Virus record (IMG/VR): IMGVR_UViG_3300012979_000036
Location: 12,034 to 76,033 of that record
Strand: one strand, 5' to 3'
Source: a virus
Lineage: Duplodnaviria > Caudoviricetes
DNA: 64,000 bases
Numbering within the stretch: position 1 is the stretch's first letter; each line of letters begins with the position of its first letter. The position numbers were made by a program, and so were the translations under genes. Below, in pieces: positions 1-9,012 of this stretch. Below the pieces are notes generated by a model. It saw only the letters and a program-made list of their open reading frames with translations, was not told the DNA's origin and did no database searches.

Positions 1-2
1 AC

Positions 3-581
3 TTCTATGCTTGGGATAATTTCAATAAAAAACAAACTACTAAAGAAGTTGAAACTCCTTTTTCTTTAGAAGGTAAAACAATAAGAGTTACAACAGATGG
101 TATTTATCATATTGACAATATACCAGCTCATGGTAAATTTATAATAGACTGTGATGGTAAGATATATAATAATACAAAAGCTGGTACTAACTCTTATTGG
201 TTTTGGGATGGTGTTTTGCTATATGGTAATGTAGAGTATATATACTTGCAAAATGCATGTAAACATTTTAGTTTATCTCATGAAGATATTAAATGGGTAT
301 GTCCTGAAATATTAAATTATTTAAGTCCTTATCCTATGTTAGATCCTGATTATATAGGAAATAATGAAGGAGATGTTTGGCTTAAATGTACTGATTTAAA
401 TACTTTCGTACCATATACAGGAAGTCTTCATAGACTTTTAGAAGGTAAATCTGAGTATTATAAAGAAGGACATTCAAATCATTCTATCTGGAAAGGTAAA
501 ACAGAAGCAGTGATTCGGTTTAATGACCTTTATAAGGCAAAAAAGATTAATTTTAGTCATCTTTATAAATTATTGAACTAA
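3..581 (+). CDS. Hypothetical protein, 5'-truncated by the window edge
   Basis: Frame is open from nt 3 (FYAWDNFNKKQTTKEVETPF...) through the track ORF 216..581, so the TTG at 216 is not the true start. Confidence 0.7.
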   Translation, partial: FYAWDNFNKKQTTKEVETPFSLEGKTIRVTTDGIYHIDNIPAHGKFIIDCDGKIYNNTKAGTNSYWFWDGVLLYGNVEYIYLQNACKHFSLSHEDIKWVCPEILNYLSPYPMLDPDYIGNNEGDVWLKCTDLNTFVPYTGSLHRLLEGKSEYYKEGHSNHSIWKGKTEAVIRFNDLYKAKKINFSHLYKLLN

Positions 582-1855
582 TGATTGTAGTTAACGAACA
601 AACAAGAAAAAGAACTCATCTTTTCAAAACAATTAGAGGAATTGTTTATAAAGATGATAATTATATAGAATTTGGATATTTTATTCCTACTATTGATACT
701 CTTATAACAGAATATAATGGTAAAATGTATTATGACATTAGAAAAGATTTAAAAGTAATGGAGGTTTTTTCAAAATTAGAAGGAACTAAAAAGTGTTTTC
801 TAGAAGGCGATACTGCTAATATAGAAACACATTTAAATGTATTTGGAAATGGTAGATTTCCATATTTTATAGCAAGAGAATATGAAGCAGAACATTACAT
901 TGATATGTTTGAAGAAAAAGTAGAAGAGCAGTCTTCTATAAATTATCCTTATTCTAAAGATGTAAAATATTCTTTTGGTATAGAGTTTGAAACAGCTGCA
1001 GGTTATTTACCTGAAAATAAATGTTTCGATTTAGGTCTTATTCCTCTTAGAGATGGTTCTATTAGTGGTATAGAATATTCTACAATTCCTCTTTATGGTA
1101 ATGAAGGTTTAAATCTTTTGAAGAGACAACTTGATTGTTTAAAAGAATATACTTATACTAATAAAGAGTGTTCTACACATATTCATTTTGGAGGTTATCC
1201 TGTAGAAGAAAAAGCTATTTATATTTTATATAAATTGTGGTATTATATGCAATATAATATATTAGATTATATTCCAACTTGGAGTTATTCTACTGGTAAT
1301 TTTAAGAAGAATGAAAAGAACTATTGTGATACTGTTCCTGACTTTGATGATTTCAAAAATTTATATAGATTTTATGCTTGTCAGAGTTATATGGGAGATT
1401 TGTATCAACCTCATCCATGTGATATAGAAAAAAGAGCTAAATGGAATATTAAAACCAGATATTATAACTGCAATTTTATAAATATGTTGTGTTATAATGC
1501 TGCTAAAACAGTAGAATTTAGATTTCTTACTCCTACATATAGTTTTGAAAAACTATCGACATTCATTTTGATGTTTAATGCTATCTTGAAAAAAGCAGAA
1601 AGTATTTATAAAGAATATAAAGATAAATCTTATACTGCTATTAATGGTTATTTTTATACTAAATATGATGAAGGTTTGTTAGATATAAAACACATAGTTA
1701 AAGAAGTGTGTGACAACACTACTTCTGATTATGTATTAAATAATATGAAGAAGCTTATTTGGCTAAAACAAACACAACAAAATGTAGGAGATTATAATGG
1801 TGGCAGATTAGACATAGAAAATAGATATTTTCCAGATGGAAAACAAGAAAATTAA
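581..1855 (+). CDS. Putative amidoligase (COOH-NH2 ligase type 2)
   Basis: Motifs FGIEFET, LRDGS, IEYST, CSTHIHFG and TVEFR are typical of the phage Amidoligase_2 family. Confidence 0.8.
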   Translation: MIVVNEQTRKRTHLFKTIRGIVYKDDNYIEFGYFIPTIDTLITEYNGKMYYDIRKDLKVMEVFSKLEGTKKCFLEGDTANIETHLNVFGNGRFPYFIAREYEAEHYIDMFEEKVEEQSSINYPYSKDVKYSFGIEFETAAGYLPENKCFDLGLIPLRDGSISGIEYSTIPLYGNEGLNLLKRQLDCLKEYTYTNKECSTHIHFGGYPVEEKAIYILYKLWYYMQYNILDYIPTWSYSTGNFKKNEKNYCDTVPDFDDFKNLYRFYACQSYMGDLYQPHPCDIEKRAKWNIKTRYYNCNFINMLCYNAAKTVEFRFLTPTYSFEKLSTFILMFNAILKKAESIYKEYKDKSYTAINGYFYTKYDEGLLDIKHIVKEVCDNTTSDYVLNNMKKLIWLKQTQQNVGDYNGGRLDIENRYFPDGKQEN

Positions 1856-2297
1856 AAATGCTCAACAAAAAGAATACAATGGAATAAAATTTAAATCTCT
1901 CACTGAAGTAATGGTATATAAAACATTACTTCAGGAGGGATTTGAACCATTTTATGAAGGGACTAAATATGTAATATGGCAAGGTTTTAAACCAGAAATA
2001 CCTTTTTACAAACCTGATAAAAAAACTAAAAATTTAGTATTACAAACTTCAAAAATAAAAGATATTACATATACTCCTGATTTTGTGTTTATGGCTCCAG
2101 ATAATAAAACTGTTATTATATTTGAAGTTAAAGGACACGAAAACGATTGTTACCCTATGAAAGAAAAAATGTTTAGAGCTAAATTAGAAAGATTATTAAA
2201 AGAAAATAATCAACCTACAATGTTTTTTAAAATAGGAACTAAAAAACAATGTTTAGAAGCAATTAATATTATAAAAGAATATTGCTATGAAAATTAG
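1836..2297 (+). CDS. PD-(D/E)xK endonuclease (T7 endonuclease I / DUF1064-like)
   Basis: YNGIKFKSLTE...YTPDFVF...IFEVKG. Confidence 0.7.
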   Translation: MENKKIKNAQQKEYNGIKFKSLTEVMVYKTLLQEGFEPFYEGTKYVIWQGFKPEIPFYKPDKKTKNLVLQTSKIKDITYTPDFVFMAPDNKTVIIFEVKGHENDCYPMKEKMFRAKLERLLKENNQPTMFFKIGTKKQCLEAINIIKEYCYEN

Positions 2298-2607
2298 TCC
2301 TGTAAAAATTATTACAGCTTTGTGTAAATATCTTCCTGAAAAGGATAAATTTTATGCAGATGCTTTTATTATTAGAAGAGATTTTACATCTTTAAGAGAT
2401 TTGGTTGAATCTGATATACGAAAAGTAGAAAAGAATTTAACTAAAGAAAACCCAAAAGAAGAATTATTAGATATACAAATAGATAAATTAAGAACTCTTC
2501 TTAACAAAATTGATGAGTACTTAATTCTTTTAGGAGAAGATTTAACTCAATTTGTAAGTGAAGAAGATTTCAATGAAGAAGCAGAAAATTATGCAGATGA
2601 TTGGTAA
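2287..2607 (+). CDS. Hypothetical protein with acidic C-terminus
   Basis: 106-aa ORF overlapping the upstream stop; phage-like codon usage. Confidence 0.6.
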   Translation: MKISPVKIITALCKYLPEKDKFYADAFIIRRDFTSLRDLVESDIRKVEKNLTKENPKEELLDIQIDKLRTLLNKIDEYLILLGEDLTQFVSEEDFNEEAENYADDW

Positions 2608-2692
2608 AAAGAGTTTAAAAAATATATGGATTTAGTGTGTCTAATATAAATAAATATGTTAATGGTAAACAAAAACATCATAAAAAATATAT

Positions 2693-4965
2693 ATGGAAGT
2701 ACAAAGAAAAAGTTTAAAAACATTAGCATTAAATATTACAGAAGAAGAGTATCGTGCAGATCCAGCATATAGTTATTCAACACTTGCTAAATTTGATAGA
2801 GAAGGCTTTGAAAAGATTGATACTTTATTTGATAGAGTTGAAAGTCCATCTTTGTTATTTGGTAGCTGTGTAGATACTCTTCTTACTGATGGTCAAGAAG
2901 CATTTGATGCTAGATTTTTTGTTGCAGATTTTCCTGAAATGACAGATAATATTAAAAAGATTGTAGATTCTGTATTTAAAGCACATGGTGAAGAATATAC
3001 TTCTTTAGATAAAATACCAGATGCTCTTATTATAACAGTTACTGAAATGCTTGATTATCAAAAGAACTGGAGACCAGAAACTAGAGCAAAAGTAATTAGA
3101 GAAAAAGGTTCTGAATATTATAATCTTCTTTATCTTGCTGGAGATAAAACTGTTATTACATCAAGTTTTTATGCAGATGTTTTGGCTTGTATTGAAGAAT
3201 TAAAAACTTCAGAAGCAACTAAATGGTATTTTCAAGATGATGATCCTTTTGATGACAATATTGAAAGACTATATCAGCTTAAATTTAAAGGAGAATATGA
3301 AGATATTAATCTTCGTATTATGATGGATTTAGCAGTTGTTGATCATAAAAATAAGATTATATATCCTTGTGATTTAAAAACATCTTATAAAGAAGAGTAT
3401 AATTTCTTTAAATCCTTTATTGATTGGAGATATAAACAAATTAATTATATATCGTAATAAACTTATAAATAACAGTAATATTACCAAATATTATTCTTAT
3501 TTTTGTATAAATAATTAAAATTTATACAAATGGATAAGAGAAAATTAAATCGAAAAGTTTTTAAAATTTCTGATGAAGAAATTAAAAGAATGTATTTAGA
3601 AGGAAATAGTATGAGTGCTATTGCGAAAGTAGCACAAGACACTAAAGGATTAATGGCACTTCGTAATAAACTTCATGATTTAGGAGTTGATACTACTAAA
3701 AATATAAAACGTTACTCCTCGAAATTCTCAAAAGCGTTTAAAAAATATGATTTAGATGAGCATATTTTTGACACTGTTGATACGGAAGAAAAAGCCTATT
3801 GGCTAGGATTCTTATACGCTGATGGTTACAATCATGAAAGTAAAACTTGTATTTCTTTAAGACTGCAATACAGTGATATTGAAATTTTAGAAAAATTTAA
3901 AAGTTTCTTAAAAACTAATGTTCCTATTTATAAATGGACTAGAACTACACAAGTTAATAAAATTGAAAAAGATTATTGTGAAGTTAATATTTGTTCAGTG
4001 TATTTAAGCCAACAATTAGCTAAATTAGGCTGTGTACAAGGTAAAACTTATACTCTTGAATTTCCAGATTTTTTAGATAAAAATTTATATAATCATTTTC
4101 TAAGAGGTTATTTTGACGGAGATGGTTGTATAAGTGTTAAAGATAGACTTAATCGTAGAAAAAGAAATGGTAACTGTATGAACTATCAAGCCAATATTAC
4201 AGGAAGATATGAGTTTATACAAGAATGTGAGAAAATTATTTCAAAAAATACTAATATACCATTGGGTAAAATACAAAAATTTAAAAATAATTTTGCAGTG
4301 TCCATTCATTATAGCGGAAAATATCAAGTAACTAAACTTCTAAATTATTTATATAACAATGCTACTATTTATTTACAAAGAAAATACGATATATACAAAG
4401 AATATTGTATCTCGGCAGAGTAATCTGTAATAATAAAAAACTTCGTGAATTCAGAGAAACTCCTTATAGGACAACTCTGAGCCAAGCCTCAATGAGGAAG
4501 GTGCAACGACTATTCCGAAAGGAAGTACATTCAAGTGAATGGAAGCGCGAAGCCCCTATTTAGGGTGATGATATAGTCTAATCTGCGTGGTAACATGCAG
4601 CAGTTCATAAGAGAACGCATATAAATTAACGACTTATATGGAATACAACGAATATTCAAGCTCAATTATATTGGGAGATATTAAGACAAAATCTTAATAA
4701 AGATCCTTATTTTAAGGACTTTAAATTAGCAGATTATAGGTTTATTGTTGTTTGTAACAGAACTAGAAATCCTCTTGTATGGGAATACTATGATACTACA
4801 AGAGAAACTGATATGGTTTATGGTAAAGACAGACAAATTAAACTTAGAAATTGGAGAAGAATAGTTAAAGATTTAAATTATTATTTAACTCAGACTCCTA
4901 AAGTACCTATTGGAATTAATGTAGAAGGTACAAACGATATAATTCATTGGTTAAACAATTATTAA
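2693..4965 (+). CDS. PD-(D/E)xK exonuclease (RecE/DUF3799-like), intron-split: join(2693..3433,4651..4965), 351 aa
   Basis: Exon 1 has SYSTL, MMDL...CDLKT and ends ...DWRY. Exon 2 continues NIQAQLYWEIL... to TAA at 4963-4965, restoring the W-x-Y-x-IQA-x-LY motif. Confidence 0.85.
3498..3530 (+). promoter_or_regulatory. Bacteroidota-type -7 box (TATTTTTG, 3498-3505) inside an 11-bp hairpin that covers the endonuclease start region
   Basis: TAnnTTTG match; TTTGTATAAAT (3502-3512) / ATTTATACAAA (3520-3530) is a perfect inverted repeat ending on the A of the ATG. Confidence 0.65.
3530..4423 (+). CDS. Intron-encoded LAGLIDADG homing endonuclease (double motif)
   Basis: AYWLGFLYADGY and HFLRGYFDGDGC motifs; lies within intron A. 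Confidence 0.9.
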   Translation: MDKRKLNRKVFKISDEEIKRMYLEGNSMSAIAKVAQDTKGLMALRNKLHDLGVDTTKNIKRYSSKFSKAFKKYDLDEHIFDTVDTEEKAYWLGFLYADGYNHESKTCISLRLQYSDIEILEKFKSFLKTNVPIYKWTRTTQVNKIEKDYCEVNICSVYLSQQLAKLGCVQGKTYTLEFPDFLDKNLYNHFLRGYFDGDGCISVKDRLNRRKRNGNCMNYQANITGRYEFIQECEKIISKNTNIPLGKIQKFKNNFAVSIHYSGKYQVTKLLNYLYNNATIYLQRKYDIYKEYCISAE

Positions 4966-4966
4966 T

Positions 4967-7147
4967 ATGAATACTAGAAGTGAAGTTGTAAAGAGAGATG
5001 GAAGTATAGTACCATATCAACCTGAAAAGGTAAGAAAAGCACTTGAATCAGCATTTAGAAGTACTGGTATTGAACCTTGTACAGTAAATATTGATTACAT
5101 CGTAACCATTATTTCTAATATGTTTGAAAGAACTAACCCTATTCCAGTAGAAGATATTCAAGATTTTATAGAATATCATTTAATGAAAGATGGTTGGTTT
5201 GATACTGCTAAAGCATTTATACTTTATAGAGAAAAACATAAACATATTAGAGAATTTGCACAAAAGAAAATTGATTTTATTAATAATTATGCAAAAAGTG
5301 ATAATACTGCAGATGCTACTATAGATGACAATAGCAATGTAAGTAATCATAATGTAGCCGTTCTTAATGCTGAAATTCATAAAGAAGACAATGTAGCTAT
5401 TAATCTTAAAATACTTGAGAATAAACTTAAATCTTTATATCCAGATTTTGATGCTACACAAATGTATAAAGATTTTAATACTACAATGTATTTGCACGAT
5501 TCATCAAGCCAGATTGGTATGCCTTATTGTGTAGCAATTAGTTTATACCCTTTCTTACTTAATGGTATTAAAGATTTAGGAGGTTTATCAGCAGCGCCTA
5601 AAAATCTTGATAGTTTTTGTGGTATGTTCGTAAACCTTGTATTTGCTGTAGCGGCCCAATATAAAGGAGCTGTAGCAACACCAGGATTTTTCTTATGTAT
5701 GGATTGGTTCTGTAGAAAAGAATGGGGAGATGATTACCATCTTAATAAAGATAGGTGTATTTCTCAATTTACTAATAGAACAATTACTATACAAAAGCAA
5801 GTACATCAATATTTCCAACAAGTAACATATTCAATCAATCAGCCTTCAGCTGCAAGAGGTGCTCAAAGTGTTTTTTGGAATGTTTCAATATTTGATAAAG
5901 CATTTTATGAAACAATGTATGGAGATTTTAAATTCCCAGATGCATCTTCTCCTAATTGGGAATCCTTCAATTGGCTACAGAAAGAATATCTCCATTGGTT
6001 AAATCAAGAGAGACTTAAATGTATATTGACTTTTCCTGTTGTTTCAACGGCTCTTATTTATAAAAATAATAAATTTGTAGATGAGGATTTATATAAATAC
6101 GTTTGTAAAGAATATGAACAAGGTAATTCATTTTTTACCTATATAAGTGATTCTGCTGATAGTTTATCATCTTGTTGTAGACTTTCTTCTAAAATAGAGA
6201 AACCACAATTTAATTTTACTAATGGTCAACTTGGTGAAATGACTGGAAGTAAAAATGTTATCACTCTTAATTTAAATAGAATTGTTCAAGACTATTGTAA
6301 ACTAGCAAAATATAAGAAAGATTGTTTACTCAAAGATGATATAAATATTTGGTCAGAAGGATTTAAAGAATTTCTTAAAGAAATTCTTGAGAAAGTGTAT
6401 AAATATCAAACTGCTTATAACGAATGTCTTTATGAACTATTTGAAGCAGGAATGTTACCAGTATATTCCGCAGGTTTTATTAATTTAAAGAAACAGTATC
6501 TTACAATAGGTATTAATGGTCTTAATCAAGCTGCAGAATTTCTTGGATTTAATTGTAATAAAAATAAAGAATATAAAGATTTTTGTAATTTAGTATTTAC
6601 TACAATTAAAGAAGAGAATTCTAAACATAAGACCAAAAAAGAGATGTTTAATACTGAATTTACTCCTTGTGAATCTGCATCAATAAAACTATATAATAGA
6701 GATAAAAAAGACGGATACTGGGTTCCAGATGATACTAACTTATATGCTAGTTATATTTTTAAACCTAATGATACTGAAATATCTGTATTAGACAAACTTT
6801 ACTTACATGGTGCTGATTTTTGTGGAGACAATCTTGACGGAGGTTCAGCTGCTCACATTGGATTAGAAGAACATTTAAACGCGTCTCAATATGAAAAACT
6901 TATCAAATATGCAGCAGAAATAGGTTGTAAATACTTTACATTTAACGTACCTAATTGTGAATGTGAAGATTGTGGGTTTATAGCTAAACAACCTTTTACA
7001 ACTTGTCCTAAATGTAATAGTATAAATGTTAGTCTTTGGGATAGAGTTATTGGATATTTAACTAAAATTAAAAACTGGTCTAAAGGTAGAAGAATTGAAC
7101 AAAAAACAAGAGTGTATCATGGTAGACATACAGTATATTCAGAATAA
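4967..7147 (+). CDS. nrdD: Anaerobic (class III) ribonucleoside-triphosphate reductase with ATP cone
   Basis: N-terminal VVKRDG ATP cone, SCCRL, NTEFTPCES, Zn ribbon CEDC...CPKC, glycyl radical motif RVIGYL. Confidence 0.95.
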   Translation: MNTRSEVVKRDGSIVPYQPEKVRKALESAFRSTGIEPCTVNIDYIVTIISNMFERTNPIPVEDIQDFIEYHLMKDGWFDTAKAFILYREKHKHIREFAQKKIDFINNYAKSDNTADATIDDNSNVSNHNVAVLNAEIHKEDNVAINLKILENKLKSLYPDFDATQMYKDFNTTMYLHDSSSQIGMPYCVAISLYPFLLNGIKDLGGLSAAPKNLDSFCGMFVNLVFAVAAQYKGAVATPGFFLCMDWFCRKEWGDDYHLNKDRCISQFTNRTITIQKQVHQYFQQVTYSINQPSAARGAQSVFWNVSIFDKAFYETMYGDFKFPDASSPNWESFNWLQKEYLHWLNQERLKCILTFPVVSTALIYKNNKFVDEDLYKYVCKEYEQGNSFFTYISDSADSLSSCCRLSSKIEKPQFNFTNGQLGEMTGSKNVITLNLNRIVQDYCKLAKYKKDCLLKDDINIWSEGFKEFLKEILEKVYKYQTAYNECLYELFEAGMLPVYSAGFINLKKQYLTIGINGLNQAAEFLGFNCNKNKEYKDFCNLVFTTIKEENSKHKTKKEMFNTEFTPCESASIKLYNRDKKDGYWVPDDTNLYASYIFKPNDTEISVLDKLYLHGADFCGDNLDGGSAAHIGLEEHLNASQYEKLIKYAAEIGCKYFTFNVPNCECEDCGFIAKQPFTTCPKCNSINVSLWDRVIGYLTKIKNWSKGRRIEQKTRVYHGRHTVYSE

Positions 7148-7331
7148 TATTAAAGAAGGATTTCAACTTAATCCTAATGAAAAAGTAGTTAATGCTATTA
7201 TCAAAGGTATTAATAGATGTGATGGAGATTGTCCTTGTAATAATTCATCAGATGAGATTAAATGCCCTTGTAGTAATTATCGTTTAAAAGATATGTGTTG
7301 TTGCGGATTATATGTTAAAATACCACAGTAA
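7119..7331 (+). CDS. Small ferredoxin-thioredoxin reductase catalytic-chain-like protein
   Basis: CPC...CPC...CCCGLY Cys pattern; likely start ATG 7119 (track start 7095). Confidence 0.7.
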   Translation: MVDIQYIQNNIKEGFQLNPNEKVVNAIIKGINRCDGDCPCNNSSDEIKCPCSNYRLKDMCCCGLYVKIPQ

Positions 7332-7803
7332 TTATATAGGTTTTAGAGAGATACCTGATGAAATAACTCTTTGTATTAATATTAGTAATTGTCCTAATAA
7401 TTGTATTGGTTGTCATAGTCCTCATTTAAGAAAAGATGTTGGAAAAGTATTAGATGCGGCATCTTTAGAAGAAATGATTAAAAACAATGACGGAATTACT
7501 TGTGTTTGTTTTATGGGTGGAGATAATAGTCCTTCTACTATTAACTGGTTAGCTTATTTAGTTAAACACGATTATAATTTAAAATCTGCTTGGTATAGTG
7601 GTAAACAAGACATAAGTCGTAGTATAGATGTATCTTTTTTTGATTATATTAAAGTAGGTCCTTATATAGAAGAAAAGGGACCTTTAGATAATCCTAATAC
7701 TAATCAGGTTTTATATAAAATAGAATGGTTAAATGACAGAGATTCTACAATAGGACAATCTAAATTTAATTTAGAAAATATAACTTATAAATTTTGGAAA
7801 TGA
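7312..7803 (+). CDS. nrdG: Anaerobic RNR activating radical-SAM protein
   Basis: CPNNCIGCH (CxxxCxxC), MGGD, DYIKVGPY...TNQ; follows nrdD. Confidence 0.92.
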   Translation: MLKYHSNYIGFREIPDEITLCINISNCPNNCIGCHSPHLRKDVGKVLDAASLEEMIKNNDGITCVCFMGGDNSPSTINWLAYLVKHDYNLKSAWYSGKQDISRSIDVSFFDYIKVGPYIEEKGPLDNPNTNQVLYKIEWLNDRDSTIGQSKFNLENITYKFWK

Positions 7804-8060
7804 TCAAAGTATTTTCAACACAATATTTAGCAGAAAATCCTGAGAATAAAAATGAATTGTTTGTAATTACAGTTAAAGATACATTCTTTTTAGGAATGAG
7901 AATTAGACATGAAGAACACTGTAATTATGATTTAGCTTTAATTGATAGGTTTAAACCTCAACTTAATCCCCCTAAAGCTAAAAAGATAGGATTTAAAACA
8001 AATGCTAATACTAAAAAGAAGAAAAAGAATGAAAATAAAAGTAAAATATCACAATCCTAA
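7794..8060 (+). CDS. Hypothetical protein
   Basis: 88-aa ORF tightly packed between nrdG and dut. Confidence 0.5.
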   Translation: MEMIKVFSTQYLAENPENKNELFVITVKDTFFLGMRIRHEEHCNYDLALIDRFKPQLNPPKAKKIGFKTNANTKKKKKNENKSKISQS

Positions 8061-8526
8061 CTGTAAGTTTAATTTTATAGATAAAGGAGAGTGGGTAGAT
8101 TTAAGAGCATCAAGAACTATTGAATTCAATGCTCCTAAATTTGATGAATATAATGGAGAATGTAAGTTTGATTATAAACTTATTCCATTAGGATTTGCTA
8201 TGCAATTACCAAAAGAGTTTGAAGCAGTAGTACTTCCTAGAAGTAGTACTTTTAAAAGTTGGGGAATATTACTTGTTAATTCTCAAGGTGTAATTGATAG
8301 TAGTTTTTCTGGTCCAAATGATATATGGCATTTTCCTGCTATTTCAACTAGAAACAGTGTAATTTTAGAAGGTGAAAGGATATGTCAATTTAGAATTCAG
8401 CCTAGTCAAAAGGCATCAATTTGGACTAAAATTAAATGGCTTTTTACAAATAAAATCGAGTTTGTAGAGGTAGAAGATTTGCATAATGCAAATAGAGGTG
8501 GATTTGGAACAACTAAAAATAATTAA
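8029..8526 (+). CDS. dut: Trimeric dUTPase
   Basis: PRSS, GVIDSSFSG, RICQF, RGGFGTT motifs; likely start ATG 8029. Confidence 0.92.
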   Translation: MKIKVKYHNPNCKFNFIDKGEWVDLRASRTIEFNAPKFDEYNGECKFDYKLIPLGFAMQLPKEFEAVVLPRSSTFKSWGILLVNSQGVIDSSFSGPNDIWHFPAISTRNSVILEGERICQFRIQPSQKASIWTKIKWLFTNKIEFVEVEDLHNANRGGFGTTKNN

Positions 8527-9012
8527 ATGATTTATATTTGTTTATTCATTACATGTGCTGCTATTATTGCTATAGCAGCACTTATTAGAAAGTATTCAAA
8601 GAGATATAAGAGTGCTATCTCTTTTAGAGAATCTCTTGATTTGACAGGACTTCCTGTTATAACATTTAGTCAAGGTAAAAATAGATTTAATTTCTTGTTA
8701 GATACTGGTGCAACTAATTCTGTTATTAATGAAGCACAATTGACTAATATTAAACATAGTGTTATAGAAGGTGCTACATGCGAAGTATATGGTATTGAAG
8801 GTAATACTCAAACAGTTCCTTTTGTAGAAATTAATTTTAGTAGAGATATTAATTATAAAGGATGTTTTCAAGTAGTTGATATGGCTGTTGCTTTTGATAG
8901 TGTTAAAGCAGAAACAGGTGTTACTATTGTAGGAATTCTTGGTAATGATTTCTTTCAGAATTATAAATATGTATTAGATTATAATACTATGATAGCATAT
9001 TCAAAGCTATGA
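8527..9012 (+). CDS. Membrane-anchored retropepsin-like aspartic protease
   Basis: N-terminal hydrophobic helix; FLLDTGA and GILGNDF motifs. Confidence 0.8.
   Translation: MIYICLFITCAAIIAIAALIRKYSKRYKSAISFRESLDLTGLPVITFSQGKNRFNFLLDTGATNSVINEAQLTNIKHSVIEGATCEVYGIEGNTQTVPFVEINFSRDINYKGCFQVVDMAVAFDSVKAETGVTIVGILGNDFFQNYKYVLDYNTMIAYSKL

Larger units (their letters stand above)
3434..4650 (+). mobile_element. Group I intron A with LAGLIDADG ORF in the P1 loop
   Basis: 5' exon ends in U and the intron ends in G4650. IGS 4400-4413 GAATATT-GTATCTC pairs with the 3' exon (AATATTC, P10) and the 5' exon (GAGATAT, P1 with U.G). P3 CTTCGTG/CGCGAAG; P7 GACTA/TAGTC. Confidence 0.92.
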
